Positions 1-10,726 are shown, counted from the first letter of the stretch. The stretch is 64,000 nt of DNA from Candidatus Uhrbacteria bacterium (GCA_016188495.1 JACPHU010000002.1:111466-175465), one strand, 5' to 3'. A program made the numbers and translations. The notes: generated from the sequence alone by a model not told the origin.

Positions 1-1
1 G

Positions 2-919
2 CTTTCTCAAAAAATTCTTTCAGGAGTGTTGCGCACAGGAGAACGGTTTGGCGCCGGGTATGTGTGTGACGTTCTTCGTGGATCTGCACGGGATCGTGTG
101 GTTGAAAATAAACATGATCGGCTCTCTGTGTATGGTATTGCGAAAGATGTCTCTCGTCAGGAAGTGATGCTTTCGATTGATTTGCTTTTGCGCTATGGCT
201 ATTTGGAAAAACAGCTTGGAGAATATCCAACTCTGCGAGTGAGTGGGGAAGGAAAAAAAGCGTTGACACACCGAGAACCTATTTTATTGCCGAAAATAGA
301 AACGGGTTCTGTGTTGAAACGTGCAAAAAAGGAAAAGGAGACAGATTACGATTTCGAGTTGTTTACCAAACTGCGCCAGTTAAGAAAACAGATTGCCGAT
401 CAGCAGGGAGTCCCTCCATTTGTGGTATTTGGAGATAGAAGTCTTCAAGAGATGTCACGAGCATATCCTCAAGACACAACTGCATTTTCAACGATTTTTG
501 GAGTAGGAGACACGAAGCTAAAGCAATACGGAGAATTATTCGTGAGCCATATTGTTGAGTATGTTCAAGAGAAGGGGATGAGCGTAACCGCACCAAAGAA
601 AGAAGTTATTCTTTTAAAAAAAGAACGTATTGGATCTACGATACAAAAAACAAAAGAGCTTATTGAGAAGAAATATACCCTGGAACAGATCGCGAACGCA
701 CGAGGATTCGTTTGCTCTACCATTGTGCAACATATTGAACAACTGGTTCAGATGGGAGCGGAGTTGGACATTGAGTATCTCAAACCCGCACCTGAAAGAA
801 TAGAAAAAATCAAAGAAGCTTTTGTTCACACAAATTCATCAGCGTTATCTCCCGTCAAAGAATTTCTTGGAGAAGAATATTCTTACGACGAGATTCGTCT
901 TGGAAGATTGTTTTTGTGA
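2..919 (+). CDS. recQ: RecQ-family DNA helicase, C-terminal part (5'-truncated by window edge): RQC winged-helix + HRDC + extra C-terminal HTH-like tail
   Basis: Frame is open from position 2. The motif 'ERFGAGYVCDVLRGS...' matches the RecQ RQC domain. 'FELFTKLRQLRKQIADQQGVPPFVVFGDRSLQEM' matches HRDC. Confidence 0.75.
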   Translation, partial: LSQKILSGVLRTGERFGAGYVCDVLRGSARDRVVENKHDRLSVYGIAKDVSRQEVMLSIDLLLRYGYLEKQLGEYPTLRVSGEGKKALTHREPILLPKIETGSVLKRAKKEKETDYDFELFTKLRQLRKQIADQQGVPPFVVFGDRSLQEMSRAYPQDTTAFSTIFGVGDTKLKQYGELFVSHIVEYVQEKGMSVTAPKKEVILLKKERIGSTIQKTKELIEKKYTLEQIANARGFVCSTIVQHIEQLVQMGAELDIEYLKPAPERIEKIKEAFVHTNSSALSPVKEFLGEEYSYDEIRLGRLFL

Positions 920-958
920 AATGTTTTTGTCTCATTTGTTATACTGCTCTCTACAACT

Positions 959-2251
959 ATGGCTCAAAAAATAACGATGGGAAAAGAATTTAAAGCGGCT
1001 TATAAGGCGATGAATGAAACAGATCAACATCTGTTTCTTACGGGTCGTGCTGGAACGGGCAAATCCACCCTTCTTGAATATTTTCGCAAACAGACACAGA
1101 AAAAACATGTAGTGTTGGCGTCCACGGGTGTCGCAGCTCTTCATGTAAAGGGACAAACGATCCATTCCTTTTTTGGTTTTCATCCGGCTATTGCCCCAGA
1201 GCTCGTTCAAAGGGCATTTCCTGACGCTCTGCCTCTTTTTAATGCAATTGAGACGATTGTGATTGACGAGATTTCCATGGTCCGTGCAGATCTTTTAGAT
1301 TGTATTGATCGCGCATTGCGTCTAAATCGCGGACGACCAAAAGAACCTTTTGGAGGAGTCCAAATGATTTTTATTGGAGATTTATTCCAGCTTCCTCCTG
1401 TTGTGACACGCGATGAAACCGTTCGTTTTGAAACAGAATATTCCTCGCCTTATTTTTTTTCGGCGAACGTCATGCGTGAGATAAAGATACATTTGATTGA
1501 GTTGAAAAAAGTGTATCGACAAAAAGAAAAATTTTTTATCGATCTATTGGAACGTCTACGCACAGGGATGTCGGATGAAGCCGATGTGGACGCGTGGAAT
1601 GAACGCCATGATCCTTATTTTGATCCAACAGAAGAAACGGGCTTTATTCACCTCACGACAACCAATAAAATGGCTCAGCAACGTAATGACTATGAATTAA
1701 AGCAACTTCCTGGAAAAGAATGGAAATTACACGCGCAATCTTTAGGTGAACTTCCAGATCGGAGAATGCCTTCCGAATCCGTTATTTGTGTAAAAGAAGG
1801 GGCGCGCATCATGTTTACCACCAATGATCCTGAAAAACGTTGGGTGAATGGAACGCTTGGAACGATTATACGTATTCGACAAAAAGAGCTTGCCAAATTT
1901 CCTTTGCTTGAAGTTGAATTGGAAGACGGTTCTTGTGTGGAAGTTCAACAGCATAAATGGGAATTATTTGAATATGAACACGATGGCGACGGAGGCCTTG
2001 CAGAATCAGTGATCGGTTCTTACACGCAATATCCCATTACTCTTGCTTGGGCCGTGACGATTCATAAAGGACAAGGAAAAACATTTGACCGTATTCTTGT
2101 GGATGTGGGCTGGGGAGCTTTTGCTCATGGGCAGCTCTATGTGGCACTGAGCCGTTGTACGACTTTTAAAGGTTTGGTGCTCCTTAAACCTTTTCGAACC
2201 AAAGACGTGATTCTTGATCAAGCTGTGGTGGATTTTATGAATATTTTTTGA
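959..2251 (+). CDS. PIF1/RecD-like ATP-dependent DNA helicase
   Basis: Walker A 'GRAGTGKST'; 'IVIDEISMV'; C-terminal 'WAVTIHKGQGKTFD...LYVALSRC' typical of Pif1/RecD2 family. Confidence 0.8.
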   Translation: MAQKITMGKEFKAAYKAMNETDQHLFLTGRAGTGKSTLLEYFRKQTQKKHVVLASTGVAALHVKGQTIHSFFGFHPAIAPELVQRAFPDALPLFNAIETIVIDEISMVRADLLDCIDRALRLNRGRPKEPFGGVQMIFIGDLFQLPPVVTRDETVRFETEYSSPYFFSANVMREIKIHLIELKKVYRQKEKFFIDLLERLRTGMSDEADVDAWNERHDPYFDPTEETGFIHLTTTNKMAQQRNDYELKQLPGKEWKLHAQSLGELPDRRMPSESVICVKEGARIMFTTNDPEKRWVNGTLGTIIRIRQKELAKFPLLEVELEDGSCVEVQQHKWELFEYEHDGDGGLAESVIGSYTQYPITLAWAVTIHKGQGKTFDRILVDVGWGAFAHGQLYVALSRCTTFKGLVLLKPFRTKDVILDQAVVDFMNIF

Positions 2252-2285
2252 CTTTCATCCCTCTTTCTTGTAATATTTCAAAATA

Positions 2286-2313
2286 AAACACCGCTTTGGA
2301 GGCGGTGTTTGTG
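2286..2313 (+). terminator. Rho-independent terminator after the Pif1-like gene
   Basis: Hairpin ACACCGC-tttggag-GCGGTGT followed by TTTGTGT. Confidence 0.6.
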
Positions 2314-2333
2314 TATCACATTATTCCTCTTTT

Positions 2334-3794
2334 ATGGCTCAAGGCAATACCGTTATTCGATTTGAAAATGTTTCTTTTGGATACGATGACGATAGTCCCA
2401 TTCTGGATGAGACAAGTTTTTCTGTTCCTGAAAATGGAAAGTTTACGGTGATGGGACAAAACGGAGCAGGAAAGAGCACGATTTTTAAACTCATTACCGG
2501 TGAGTTAAAACCAGATGAGGGAAAGATTCATCTTCCTCTTAATGCCACGATCGCCACAGCCAAACAGGTGATGGCGCGTGAGTATTTGACTCAAACGGTA
2601 TCGGAGTTTTTTGCGCACGCCTTTGCCGAAAAAAAATATGATTTGGATCGCAGAATCCAGAATGTTCTGGACACCGTAAACCTCTCGACTTCGCTTGAGA
2701 AAAAAATCGGAGAGTTCTCCGGGGGACAACAAGCACGCTTATTACTGGCGTATGCCCTGATTCAGGAGCCTGATATTTTGTTATTAGATGAGCCGACCAA
2801 TAATTTGGATCGCGACGGCATCGATCATCTCACCGCGTTTCTCATCATGTACGATAAGACCGTTCTGGTCATTTCCCATGACGCGGATTTTTTGAACGCT
2901 TTTACCGAAGGCGTGCTCCATCTGGATGTGTTTACCGGCAAGGTGGAAAAGTACGACGGAAACTATACGGATGTGGTTGAGGAAATTTCTGTCCGTGTGG
3001 AGCGTGACCGCATGAACAACGCCCGCATGCTCAAGGAGATTCAGGACCGCAAAGACAAGATCAACTTCTTCGCCCACAAAGGAGGAAAAATGCGCAAGCT
3101 TGCAAGCAAGCTGCGCGACCAGGTCGCGGATGCCGAAGAAAACATGGTCGACGTGAAGCGCGATGACAAGACGATTAAAGAGTTTACGATTCCCGCACAG
3201 CTGTTTACGGATGTCATTGTTCATTTGACCTCTGTGAAGGTGATTAAAAACCATCAGCCCCAGGATGTTGCATTGGATTTGAAATTGCGCAAAGGGCAGC
3301 ACTTGCTTGTGAGCGGACCAAACGGGATCGGCAAGAGCACGCTGCTGCGCACTTTGTTTGAAGGACAAGATGCTGGCGCGAAGATTACGGAAGGCGTGCA
3401 GGTGGGGTATTACCGCCAGGATTTTTCCGGGCTGGATTTTGAACAGACCGCCTATCAGTCGCTTGAGTCGGTGATGGGGGTTCCAAACAATGAAACGTTG
3501 CGTCGCACCGCCGCCCAGTTTTTGCTTGATTCCGACGCGTTGCGCACCAAAGTGGGAGCCCTGTCAGAAGGCCAGAAGGGGTTGTTGTGCTTTGCCCGTT
3601 TCGTGCTGCAGGCTCCGGGGCTTTTGATTTTTGACGAGCCGACCAATCACATCAATTTCCGCCATTTGCCTGTTATCGCAGAAGCCCTCAATACGTATGA
3701 AGGCGCGATGATCGTCGTCAGCCACGCGGAAGAATTTGTGAAAAGCATTCGTTTCGATCAAGAGCTCGATTTATCTACGAAAGGTTCTTCGTAA
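2334..3794 (+). CDS. ABC-F family ATPase (two tandem ABC domains, no TM domain)
   Basis: Two Walker A motifs (GQNGAGKST, GPNGIGKST). Two signature motifs (LSGGQQAR, LSEGQKG). Two Walker B motifs (LLLDEPTN, LIFDEPTN). Confidence 0.85.
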   Translation: MAQGNTVIRFENVSFGYDDDSPILDETSFSVPENGKFTVMGQNGAGKSTIFKLITGELKPDEGKIHLPLNATIATAKQVMAREYLTQTVSEFFAHAFAEKKYDLDRRIQNVLDTVNLSTSLEKKIGEFSGGQQARLLLAYALIQEPDILLLDEPTNNLDRDGIDHLTAFLIMYDKTVLVISHDADFLNAFTEGVLHLDVFTGKVEKYDGNYTDVVEEISVRVERDRMNNARMLKEIQDRKDKINFFAHKGGKMRKLASKLRDQVADAEENMVDVKRDDKTIKEFTIPAQLFTDVIVHLTSVKVIKNHQPQDVALDLKLRKGQHLLVSGPNGIGKSTLLRTLFEGQDAGAKITEGVQVGYYRQDFSGLDFEQTAYQSLESVMGVPNNETLRRTAAQFLLDSDALRTKVGALSEGQKGLLCFARFVLQAPGLLIFDEPTNHINFRHLPVIAEALNTYEGAMIVVSHAEEFVKSIRFDQELDLSTKGSS

Positions 3795-3797
3795 GAT

Positions 3798-4487
3798 ATG
3801 TTTCATCCAACCGTGTTGTACGAAGATAATCATCTTCTGGTCGTCGAAAAGCCTGTGAATATTCCCGTACAGGAAGACGCGAGCGAGGATATGGATTTTC
3901 TGACTCTGCTGAAACAGTGGATTAAAGAAAAAGATCACAAGCCTGGCAATGTGTTTCTTGGGCTCGTGCATCGACTAGATCGTCCGGTGGGAGGGGCGAT
4001 GGTGTTTGCCAAAACATCCAAAGCCGCATCCCGCCTGGGCAAACAGATGTATGCCCGGACCTTTGAAAAAGAATATCTGACCGTAGTGCGAGGAACCCCG
4101 ATGTTTGATTCCGGTCGACTCGTACACTGGCTTTTGAAAGATGAAATCACAAATGTCGTTTCTGTGGTCAATGAAACAACGCCAGATGCCAAACGTGCGG
4201 TTCTTGAGTACGAAGTTCTTCAGACGCAAGAGAATTTGAGCCTTGTCCATATCCAATTGGAAACCGGCCGTTCGCACCAGATACGTGTGCAGTTGGCATA
4301 CATGGGATGTCCGATTTACGGAGATCAAAAATACGGCGCTTCCGTAAATGAACCAGGCCAGCAATTAGCTTTGTGGTCGACGCAGATCCGTTTTTTTCAT
4401 CCAACAAAAGATGAACCAATGATGTTTACAAGTACTCCACCAAAAGAATATCCATGGAATCTTTTTGGCGATCAAATTGATTTTTGA
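3798..4487 (+). CDS. RluA-family pseudouridine synthase
   Basis: Catalytic 'HRLDRPVGG' motif; 'SHQIRVQLAYMGCPIYGDQKYG'. Confidence 0.85.
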   Translation: MFHPTVLYEDNHLLVVEKPVNIPVQEDASEDMDFLTLLKQWIKEKDHKPGNVFLGLVHRLDRPVGGAMVFAKTSKAASRLGKQMYARTFEKEYLTVVRGTPMFDSGRLVHWLLKDEITNVVSVVNETTPDAKRAVLEYEVLQTQENLSLVHIQLETGRSHQIRVQLAYMGCPIYGDQKYGASVNEPGQQLALWSTQIRFFHPTKDEPMMFTSTPPKEYPWNLFGDQIDF

Positions 4488-4537
4488 AATATAAAAAAAG
4501 CTTCGTCCTGTTGAGGAGAAGCTTCCGTATGTGTTAC

Positions 4538-5911
4538 TTACTCGAGACACAACACAGTATAGTCTTGTTTTCCCTCCGTGTTGATGAAGGTAACCTCGAC
4601 CTGTGCGGCAACGACCCTGAAGTCAATGACCTTTTTAACAGAGGTCGGCATCAGGGGCGCCATGATTTTTTCGCCATTGACGTAGACCGCTTCGGTCCCG
4701 TCGGGCTCTCTCTTGGCATAGACGGCTTTGGTCCCCACGGGAAGAAAACGGATACTCATACCAATAGAGTGTCCGTTTTCGTCGTACGCAGGTACATACG
4801 CATCGCGCATCTGCGGATCCAATACGGTGTCACCCTCAATCAGGATGAACTCGTATGAACTCTTCATGACCAGCGCGATCGGAGCTTTTGCTCCCATACT
4901 CACCTGGAGCACGTCGTTCAGCGGGGGGCCCATAAGTTCTCCGCCCCAGGACAGGCGATTTCCCCACTCACCCGCAATGGTCAACAACGGTTTTCTCCCC
5001 ACCTCGCCGTTGAACTGGCGAGCGTGGGAGGTTCCTGTAAATCTCCGGAACCCTTTTTCAGCGTCCCAGATGAGGGTATGGTCGTACCATTTGCCGACCC
5101 TGTTGTTTCCGCTATGGATGCGGAACATGATGAACGATCCGAACTGCTGAAATTCGGTAACAGTTCCTCGAACATACTCGAGATTCTTCTCATATGCCCG
5201 ATAGAGATCTGTTAAATCGTGATGTTCACCCCCGATACTGATTCCCTCCACACGGTTCTCATCTTCCGACACATTCAGCGTGATGGCTTCTCCGCTTCGC
5301 GCCAGCGCGTACGGCTTGTGTGCGAAGGGGCCCTGAAGAATGTTTCCATTCTCGAGCACCCAACAGACGATGTTCCACGACACTGTCCTGAGAGCCAGTA
5401 TCGTTCGACCCCTCAAGTGTTCGAAAGAAGAAGATGCATCACGATCACGATCCATATAATGGATCTCGTCTACTCTACCTAGGGACAGGGCTGAGGGTCC
5501 ATAACACAAGATGGAGTCATTCTCCGTGGTCGTACCAACGATGAGGATGTGGCCTGCGCCATAGGCGGCATTCCACCTATTTACACCCTTGACCACTCGC
5601 ACTGAGGCGAAGGTCCTGAGGGTTGATCCGTACACGTAATCCCAGACTTCCCGGTCATCCTTCTGGGCACGTCGAGCGATATAGCTGAGGTGGTCTGTCG
5701 AGATGAGCGTGATTTCCTGATACACGGGTCCGATACTCGCTGTTCCGTTTCGATAAATGAGGATTGATTCGCCACCCGTCCTTTTGAGAAGGAGGATGGA
5801 ATTCCCCTCGTATCCCCGGATAATGCTTTCGCAATCGCAGAATTCGACTCCACGGATCAAAAGCTTACCACCCATAACCGTGATGTCGCCACCGTGCATT
5901 GACTGCAGCAT
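4538..5911 (-). CDS. Hypothetical 457-aa protein, no signal peptide, in a visibly GC-rich island
   Basis: Long uninterrupted ORF. Composition is clearly different from neighbours. No motif recognised. Confidence 0.5.
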   Translation of the reverse strand: MLQSMHGGDITVMGGKLLIRGVEFCDCESIIRGYEGNSILLLKRTGGESILIYRNGTASIGPVYQEITLISTDHLSYIARRAQKDDREVWDYVYGSTLRTFASVRVVKGVNRWNAAYGAGHILIVGTTTENDSILCYGPSALSLGRVDEIHYMDRDRDASSSFEHLRGRTILALRTVSWNIVCWVLENGNILQGPFAHKPYALARSGEAITLNVSEDENRVEGISIGGEHHDLTDLYRAYEKNLEYVRGTVTEFQQFGSFIMFRIHSGNNRVGKWYDHTLIWDAEKGFRRFTGTSHARQFNGEVGRKPLLTIAGEWGNRLSWGGELMGPPLNDVLQVSMGAKAPIALVMKSSYEFILIEGDTVLDPQMRDAYVPAYDENGHSIGMSIRFLPVGTKAVYAKREPDGTEAVYVNGEKIMAPLMPTSVKKVIDFRVVAAQVEVTFINTEGKQDYTVLCLE

Positions 5912-6492
5912 GCTTTACTCCCTATTTTTGGTTGAATTGCATGAAGTAAGAAGACGTTCTGTCCTTCAGGCAACCACCTTTTATACACGAAAATTCATTT
6001 TTTGTCAACCAATCCGAACAGACCGTTGAAAAACTCGAATATCATGCCAAATTTTATTCCCTGAACTGTTCGTCGTGAGCTAGTCGAACGATCGAAGGGG
6101 CAAAATTTGGCTAAATCATCTGCGGCCTTCGACGGATTCGACAAGCTCACCGTAGACAGGCTCAGGCAATATGAGGAGTATTTCAACGGTCTCCTGTCTT
6201 TAAAAAAATAGAGACAAGGACGATATTTGGTAGCGAATACGACAGGGGCTGCTTGGCGTGTACCTGTGTTTTATCTTGAAAATGTTTAAGGAGAAATTCT
6301 TAGATTTCTAAATCTCTTGTTTTATCGTTGGTCAGATATCCAATCTTTTTTTGTCTTTCTTTATTCTATTCTTTTGTTGATCGTGACAAAAACCGTAGTA
6401 GATATGATTTCTTATGGAAAAGAACACGGCTTTTTTTTATTTGCTGCAAAACAAGCTGTTTGAAAGACAGCGACGGAGAGTTTTATGTTAAA

Positions 6493-6915
6493 ATGGCTGT
6501 AATGTTTTATTTTTTTTACCTCTTTCTTTTTTACAGTTTCGTTGGATGGCTGATTGATTCAGGTTATCGTTCTTTTTTAGATCGTCGATGGGTTCGAGGG
6601 GGATTTTCTGTTTTGCCATTTGCGCCAAGCTATGGGCTAGGAGCCGTTTTCTTGTTTTCTCTGGGGCCATTGGTGGCACCTCTACCGTTAGCTATGCAAT
6701 GGATGTTGTTAGGTTTTTTCTTTGCTGCTTATGAATACACGTGTGGACATTTGGGTGTTCTGTTAAACAAACGCCGTCTTTGGGATTACTCCGGCGGATT
6801 TTTAAACATCCACGGACATACGGATCTGTTGCATGCGATCTATTGGGCCACGCTTTCATTAGGGGTTTTTCATTGGTTCCACCCTTGGCTGCTTGAAATA
6901 TTCTTTAAAACATAA
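6493..6915 (+). CDS. Polytopic membrane protein resembling the 'putative ABC-transporter type IV' (PF06541-like) family; start uncertain (ORF open from 6328)
   Basis: Motif 'FLFYSFVGWLIDSGYRSFLDRRWVRGGFSVLPFAPSYGLGAV' resembles the YSFxGW...NRGFxxGPxxPxYGxGA signature. Upstream 6328-6490 encodes a degenerate partial duplicate of the N-terminus. Confidence 0.5.
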   Translation: MAVMFYFFYLFLFYSFVGWLIDSGYRSFLDRRWVRGGFSVLPFAPSYGLGAVFLFSLGPLVAPLPLAMQWMLLGFFFAAYEYTCGHLGVLLNKRRLWDYSGGFLNIHGHTDLLHAIYWATLSLGVFHWFHPWLLEIFFKT

Positions 6916-6989
6916 GTTTTAGGGAAACTTCTTGTTTTTTCTGTGTTTGTTTGATACATTTTTCTTGTCTTTAACCAAGGAGGCTCCCA

Positions 6990-7190
6990 ATGGGGAATGA
7001 AGATCCCAAGAATACGTCTTCGGATGAACCACTGTTTTCTTCTCAAACAACAAAGGAACAGAAGAAGGAGGATGGTCATTCACCACATAATTCCCAGCAG
7101 GAACGTCGAAAGTTTCTTCCACCGTTAAGACGGCGGGAATCAAGGTTCTGGCAGACAGAAGGATTTTTTGAAGAGGAAGAAAAAAAGTAA
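6990..7190 (+). CDS. Small charged hypothetical protein (66 aa)
   Basis: Strong SD 'AAGGAGG' 7 nt upstream of ATG. A hairpin terminator follows. The protein is low-complexity and K/E/R-rich. Confidence 0.3.
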   Translation: MGNEDPKNTSSDEPLFSSQTTKEQKKEDGHSPHNSQQERRKFLPPLRRRESRFWQTEGFFEEEEKK

Positions 7191-7273
7191 TATCTCTGAT
7201 CCGGAGCTTTTCTCATTGAAGCATCCGGATTTTTTATTGACTTTCAAGCTCGACCCTTTATGATAACGATCAC

Positions 7274-8521
7274 ATGAAAAAAACTTATGACCACATCGAG
7301 TTATTAGCACCTGCTGGATCTTACGAAGCCTTGCAGGCGGCCATCCATGCAGGATGCGATGCGATTTATTTTGGATTGGGAGGGTTCAACATGCGTGCCA
7401 ATACATCCCAAGCATTTACGCTTGAGGACTTGAAACAGATCGCGCATATTTGCCATGAGGCTCATGTCCGATGTTATCTTGCTCTTAACACGCTGATTTA
7501 TGATGGACAGATTGAGGAAATGAAAAAGGTGATTGATGCTGTAAAAGAAAACGATGTCGATGCGATCATCACTTTTGATACCTCTGCCATTTCGTATGCA
7601 CGAGAGTGCGGCGTGGAAGTTCATCTTTCCACCCAGCATTCCGTTTCCAACATCGAGGCCGTGAAGTTTTTTTCCACGGTTGCTGATCGGATTGTCTTGG
7701 CGCGCGAGCTCACACTAGAACAGATTAAGCAGATTACCCATGAGATTGAGCAGCAGAAGGTATGCGGACCTTCCGGGAGACTCATGGAAATCGAGATTTT
7801 TATCCATGGAGCCATGTGCGTGGCCGTGAGCGGACGCTGTGGCATGAGTTTGTATATGTTCGGGACATCCGCGAATTGTGGTGAGTGCAGCCAGCCCTGC
7901 CGCCGCGCGTTTACAGTGACAGACAAGTCCACGGGCAAGCAGCTTGATATCGAGAACGAGTATGTCATGTCTACAGAAGATTTGTGTACGATCGGTATGC
8001 TGGATGAGATTTTAGACTCCGGCGCTGTCTCGTTGAAGATCGAAGGACGAGGCCGTGCACCCGAATATGTGGACGAGGTTGTAAGATGTTATAGAGAAGC
8101 GATTGACGCCATCCGGGAAGGAACATACACAAAGGAGAAGATTGCCCAGTGGAATACACGACTGAGCTCTGTCTTTAATAGAGGACTCAGCGAGGGATTT
8201 TACCGCGGGGAAGCGTTTAAGCATTGGAGCGGTGAAGCCAATTCTCGCGCCACACAAAAAAGAATTTACGTGGGAATGGTCACGCACTATTACCCCAAAC
8301 AATCCATCGCAGAAATTTCTGTACAGGCGGATGATCTGACCGACGGGCAAGAATGCCTTATTACCGGCACAACCACGGGTGTGTTGCGCTGTAAGGCAGA
8401 GAAGATGATGATAGACGAACAAACAGTTTCAAACGCCAAGCAAGGCGATTGTGTGACGCTCGTTGTTCCAGGAAGAGTGAGGGCAAAAGATAAGTTATAT
8501 AAATTGGTTCCTACAAAATAA
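7274..8521 (+). CDS. Peptidase U32 family protein (collagenase-like; YegQ/TrhP-type)
   Basis: N-terminal 'ELLAPAGSYEALQAAIHAGCDAIYFG' matches the U32 family. A Cys-rich segment 'CGECSQPC' is present. Confidence 0.85.
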   Translation: MKKTYDHIELLAPAGSYEALQAAIHAGCDAIYFGLGGFNMRANTSQAFTLEDLKQIAHICHEAHVRCYLALNTLIYDGQIEEMKKVIDAVKENDVDAIITFDTSAISYARECGVEVHLSTQHSVSNIEAVKFFSTVADRIVLARELTLEQIKQITHEIEQQKVCGPSGRLMEIEIFIHGAMCVAVSGRCGMSLYMFGTSANCGECSQPCRRAFTVTDKSTGKQLDIENEYVMSTEDLCTIGMLDEILDSGAVSLKIEGRGRAPEYVDEVVRCYREAIDAIREGTYTKEKIAQWNTRLSSVFNRGLSEGFYRGEAFKHWSGEANSRATQKRIYVGMVTHYYPKQSIAEISVQADDLTDGQECLITGTTTGVLRCKAEKMMIDEQTVSNAKQGDCVTLVVPGRVRAKDKLYKLVPTK

Positions 8522-8523
8522 AA

Positions 8524-8552
8524 AATCACCGCCTCAACAGCGGTGATTTTTT
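8524..8552. terminator. Bidirectional hairpin terminator between the U32 gene (+) and membrane protein gene (-)
   Basis: ATCACCGC-ctcaaca-GCGGTGAT flanked by an A-run and a T-run. Confidence 0.7.
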
Positions 8553-8565
8553 AAAAGAATTGTTT

Positions 8566-10692
8566 TTATGGAAAATCATACCTGAACAAATACACTTGCC
8601 CCTCACCCAGACTGCGCCAGTCGTTGGCGGTGGTTTTGGCGGTTTCGATGATACGCGGGGCGTCCCACCAGTAGTTGTTGACAAGAAAGAATACCGTGTC
8701 GACGTCTCCATGCATTGGCACAAGCGAAAGAGCTTCTTGGGCGGTTTCGCGTGTGGGGTGATCGTTCATGGTAAGGAAATATTGGTACAGTTTTTCTCCT
8801 GTAGGGATTGGATAGAAAAAAAGATCGCCATAATAGCGGAATCCGATTTCTTGGATGGCAGCAGCAGAAACGGATTGGTTGGCCAGCACCAGATACGGCT
8901 TTCCTTGAGCAAGTGTTTCTGCAAGATGTACGGCATCAATATCCGCCTGGCTCACGTTGAATCCTCGGTTGGTTTCATAGGTATCTCGTCTTGGGTAGCT
9001 TAGGTAGAATGTACTAGCTATCATGACCACCAAAAGAAAAAGGACTCCTGCTCGCAGGACAAATGGTTGCTGTTTAATATTTACGAAGACGTGTCCAAGC
9101 CCCAAAATAAGCAGAGGTGCTAAAAAGAAGAGGATGAGCGGCAAAAGACGATCAGCATAATTTGAACGCTCGTAATTGATGAGAAAGGTAAATTCAAGAA
9201 GCGTGGACATGATGAAATAGTTCATGCCAAGGGCTGCGACCATAATCAACAGAATGCGAAATCGACGGGACAGATCTTTTCGGTATTCTATCCAAGCAAA
9301 ACCAGCGATCAGTATAAATAAAAGGAACGCGTTGAAACCGTAGAGATAGACCAGATCCAACACAGGATCAAATCGGTTTTCAAAAAAGATCGTCAGATTG
9401 AGTCCGTTGATCCAGCTCACAGGATTTAAAGCGCTCCAGTTTATGCCCAGGGATTGTCCACTGATGAGCGCGTTTGCAACGAAACTTAATGGAAGCACGA
9501 TGCACGAAAAGGCAATAAGGAGGATTCGAATGATTTTATTTGTTTTGGGAGTACGAGGATTGGTTCGTCGAGGATCAGTCATTAGAAGCATGAAATAGAG
9601 TCCCGCAGGAATACCGGCAATAGGATGAATGAGAACTGTGGCGAGCGTTGTCAGACCCAACACACCCAGACGGGGGTGTTCTTTTTCAAGCAGATAGGGA
9701 ATAGAAGCAAGGATTCCCAGGAGAACCCAAAGATTTGCCAGAGCCTGCGGGGTGGTCACAATAAATTGTGACAACGGAAGCATGAATAAACCTGATAGGC
9801 ACAACATGGCTGTGGACCTGGTACGCAGGATATGGACGCACGCAAAGTACCAAGCCATGGGAAGCAACATGGCGGTTAAGAACGGAACCAAAAAGGTGTC
9901 CGCCAGATCAACCGAAAATTCAAACCCGTGATGAAGAAATAACACCAATACATACTGCCCAATATAATAAAAAGGTTTTGGCGTGATCGTTCCAACATCG
10001 GCCAGATGAAGTTCTGTTGCTTTGTGAATGAATGAGTCAAATCCAAATCCGATAGGGAACACAATGGCAACGATGCTGATGGTGGCAAACAACAGAATGC
10101 AAACAAGGCTCAACGAAAGAGCTCGTTCTTTGCCTCGCCACAAGAGTCCAAGAATAAGGGTGGTGATCAGTAGATAGCTGATAAAGATGGTTGTTGGTAG
10201 TCGTTCCCAAACAGAACGGACCGCCTCTATGACGGGAGTATTTGCCAATGTGATAAAAAAGTACACGAATAACAAAAGACAAAGACTGGATACCAACCAG
10301 ACAGCAGAAGGGATGCGGTGGCGTTTTTCATGCCACAGATCATGCAAATGAGTGAAGAGCGTTTTTGTTTGGAAACGTTTCGTACACCAAAGGATGATTG
10401 GCGGGGTAAGGAGAATAACGGTGGTGATGAGACCTGACGTGACCTGCCAAACATAGTAGGCAAACGTCAGAACGATGAGAAGACACGAGAGCAATACCCA
10501 AAACCCGAGCCACCAACGCAAAATCGCTTTTTCAGAAAACACGATGACCCCACCTAATTCCCAGCCGAAGACGACGGCGTAGGAAATCAATAAAAAAATT
10601 CCTAAGACGGCGTTGTGCCACAGAGCGTTATTTAAAACAAAAAAAACTAGAAACAGGACACAAAAAATGGTAAGCTCAAGACGTCGCAACAT
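8566..10692 (-). CDS. Large polytopic membrane protein (708 aa) with C-terminal soluble domain; possible GT-C/YfhO-like envelope protein
   Basis: More than 12 hydrophobic segments. Sits in a glycosylation gene neighbourhood. Confidence 0.6.
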   Translation of the reverse strand: MLRRLELTIFCVLFLVFFVLNNALWHNAVLGIFLLISYAVVFGWELGGVIVFSEKAILRWWLGFWVLLSCLLIVLTFAYYVWQVTSGLITTVILLTPPIILWCTKRFQTKTLFTHLHDLWHEKRHRIPSAVWLVSSLCLLLFVYFFITLANTPVIEAVRSVWERLPTTIFISYLLITTLILGLLWRGKERALSLSLVCILLFATISIVAIVFPIGFGFDSFIHKATELHLADVGTITPKPFYYIGQYVLVLFLHHGFEFSVDLADTFLVPFLTAMLLPMAWYFACVHILRTRSTAMLCLSGLFMLPLSQFIVTTPQALANLWVLLGILASIPYLLEKEHPRLGVLGLTTLATVLIHPIAGIPAGLYFMLLMTDPRRTNPRTPKTNKIIRILLIAFSCIVLPLSFVANALISGQSLGINWSALNPVSWINGLNLTIFFENRFDPVLDLVYLYGFNAFLLFILIAGFAWIEYRKDLSRRFRILLIMVAALGMNYFIMSTLLEFTFLINYERSNYADRLLPLILFFLAPLLILGLGHVFVNIKQQPFVLRAGVLFLLVVMIASTFYLSYPRRDTYETNRGFNVSQADIDAVHLAETLAQGKPYLVLANQSVSAAAIQEIGFRYYGDLFFYPIPTGEKLYQYFLTMNDHPTRETAQEALSLVPMHGDVDTVFFLVNNYWWDAPRIIETAKTTANDWRSLGEGQVYLFRYDFP

Positions 10693-10726
10693 AAAAAAGC
10701 ATCGAGTGATTTCACTATTTTAACAT

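Noticed and set aside
5995-6186. 63-aa minus-strand ORF in the GC-rich patch right of island 4538-5911
   Set aside because: No RBS and only a TTG start; the region is better explained as non-coding DNA carrying the partial copy of the 33-nt repeat motif. Kept only as a note.
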